Part shown: piece by piece, positions 63,108 to 64,000 of the stretch
Numbering within the stretch: the stretch's first letter is position 1
Layout of the letters: the number at the start of each line of letters is the position of its first letter
Assembly: GCA_037441845.1 (NCBI GenBank)
Contig: JBBIRK010000003.1
Span: 1 to 64,000, forward strand
Origin: Candidatus Zixiibacteriota bacterium
GTDB lineage: Bacteria; Zixibacteria; MSB-5A5; UBA10806; 4484-95
Reading direction: 5' to 3'
Length of the DNA stretch: 64,000 bases
Notes under the pieces: generated by a model
Seen by the model: the letters and a program-made list of their open reading frames with translations, nothing else
Told to the model about the DNA's origin: nothing
Databases searched by the model: none
Made by a program: the position numbers and the translations under genes

Positions 63108-63193
63108 CGAATACCTCCGTCGTTTCGAATTGTGGGCAACCAAACCGTTATTTTTTGACGCCTTATTGGGAAGCAAACAAAAACTTTATTATT

Positions 63194-63222
63194 AATTTAA
63201 TATATAATTCACGATCTGTCAA
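63194..63222 (-). promoter_or_regulatory. sigma70-type promoter of the FG-GAP gene
   Basis: TTGACA-N17-TAAATT on the minus strand. Confidence 0.6.
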
Positions 63223-63408
63223 TAAGATATATACATGCTTGCGTGAATTGTTAATATAATTATTTGTGTCTGGGCTTTAAGGCCATGCTTGATTATTTAG
63301 CTATATTACCATCATAATATTCGGCGGCATGCTGAGGGCCGTGCTTATTATTATTTCATTTGCAGCCAAAACATTTAAGAGACCCCGAAATAATTCATAA
63401 AGATTTTA

Positions 63409-63437
63409 TTGACACGGCCGATCTAATGGATTAAATT
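63409..63437 (+). promoter_or_regulatory. sigma70-type promoter of the RRM gene
   Basis: TTGACA-N17-TAAATT. Confidence 0.6.
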
Positions 63438-63592
63438 AATAACAAGTTGTAAAGGAAGAAATCTTCGTCTGGTCAAATCTGCTTTGATAATTTTTGGAAC
63501 CCTAATCAAGATACCAGCATTATCGATCGAGTAAGCGAATGCTTATCATATATCGTGTTTACCTTAATGTGTAACCCCAAAAGAGGAACGAG

Positions 63593-63901
63593 ATGGATAT
63601 CTACGTAGGCAACCTGTCGTACAGTACCACTGAGGAAGACCTCAGACAGGCCTTCCAGCCTTTCGGGCAGGTTGGCAATGTCAGGATCGTCAAGGACAAA
63701 GTAAGCGGCCAATCCAAGGGATTCGGTTTCGTCGAAATGGCTTCCAACGAGGAGGCGCAAGCCGCAATCGCCGGCCTTGACGGCAAACAACTGAACGGAC
63801 GCACTCTGCGCTTGAATGAAGCCCGTCCGCGCAGTGAAAATCCTGGCGGCGGTCGGCAGGGTGGATTCCGACAGGAACGTGCTCCGCGCAATAGGTCTTA
63901 G
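63593..63901 (+). CDS. RRM-domain RNA-binding protein
   Basis: RNP2 IYVGNL, RNP1 KGFGFVEM, NEARPR + Gly/Arg tail. Confidence 0.96.
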   Translation: MDIYVGNLSYSTTEEDLRQAFQPFGQVGNVRIVKDKVSGQSKGFGFVEMASNEEAQAAIAGLDGKQLNGRTLRLNEARPRSENPGGGRQGGFRQERAPRNRS

Positions 63902-63965
63902 CCAATTCGCGGCCGGTTTTCGTTAGATAGCGCCGGTCGCTGTCTATAAGCATAATTTTTGTTGC

Positions 63966-63997
63966 GCCCGCTGAAATTATATTCTGCGGGCATTTTT
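63966..63997 (+). terminator. Possible terminator downstream of the RRM gene
   Basis: GCCCGC...GCGGGC-ATTTTT. Confidence 0.5.
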
Positions 63998-64000
63998 AAT

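Overview
Core chromosomal region of a diderm bacterium, probably FCB-group and Zixibacteria-like. That assignment is an inference from the paired dockerin-type repeats, cohesin-like domains and T9SS/FlgD-type C-terminal domains. 1-15.4 kb: end of tuf plus a continuous S10-spc-alpha ribosomal superoperon (rpsJ to rplQ, including secY, adk, map, infA and the rpmJ missed by the ORF track). 15.5-23 kb: deoB-cdd-pdp nucleoside salvage, PBP1A, tyrS and prfB with its +1 programmed frameshift. 23-33.5 kb: a small coupled operon (zinc-ribbon/Yip1, DUF2752-like, NDT-like, FmdB-like); a secreted LVIVD-repeat dockerin protein paired with a cohesin-like protein carrying an adenylate-kinase-LID-like zinc-finger insert; rlmN, nitrilase, response regulator, TPM, phasin and a UbiB-family kinase. 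33.6-50.5 kb: hrcA-grpE...dnaK...dnaJ-prmA-rsmE-HIT heat-shock cluster, interrupted by ParA, an unannotated CxxU SelW/Rdx selenoprotein, a membrane protein, RmuC and a nuclease-like ORF; then uvrC, MBL hydrolase, PHP, mpg, site-2 protease and a lipoprotein. 50.7-64 kb: surface proteins with T9SS-like CTDs, an IS3-like left-end remnant beside an orphan CTD, xerD coupled to a GGDEF gene, a PilX-like gene, two cohesin-CTD paralogs, an OM beta-barrel, an FG-GAP dockerin protein and an RRM protein. The most notable candidate system is a non-cellulolytic cohesin-dockerin surface-assembly system. No rRNA, tRNA or CRISPR array was seen.
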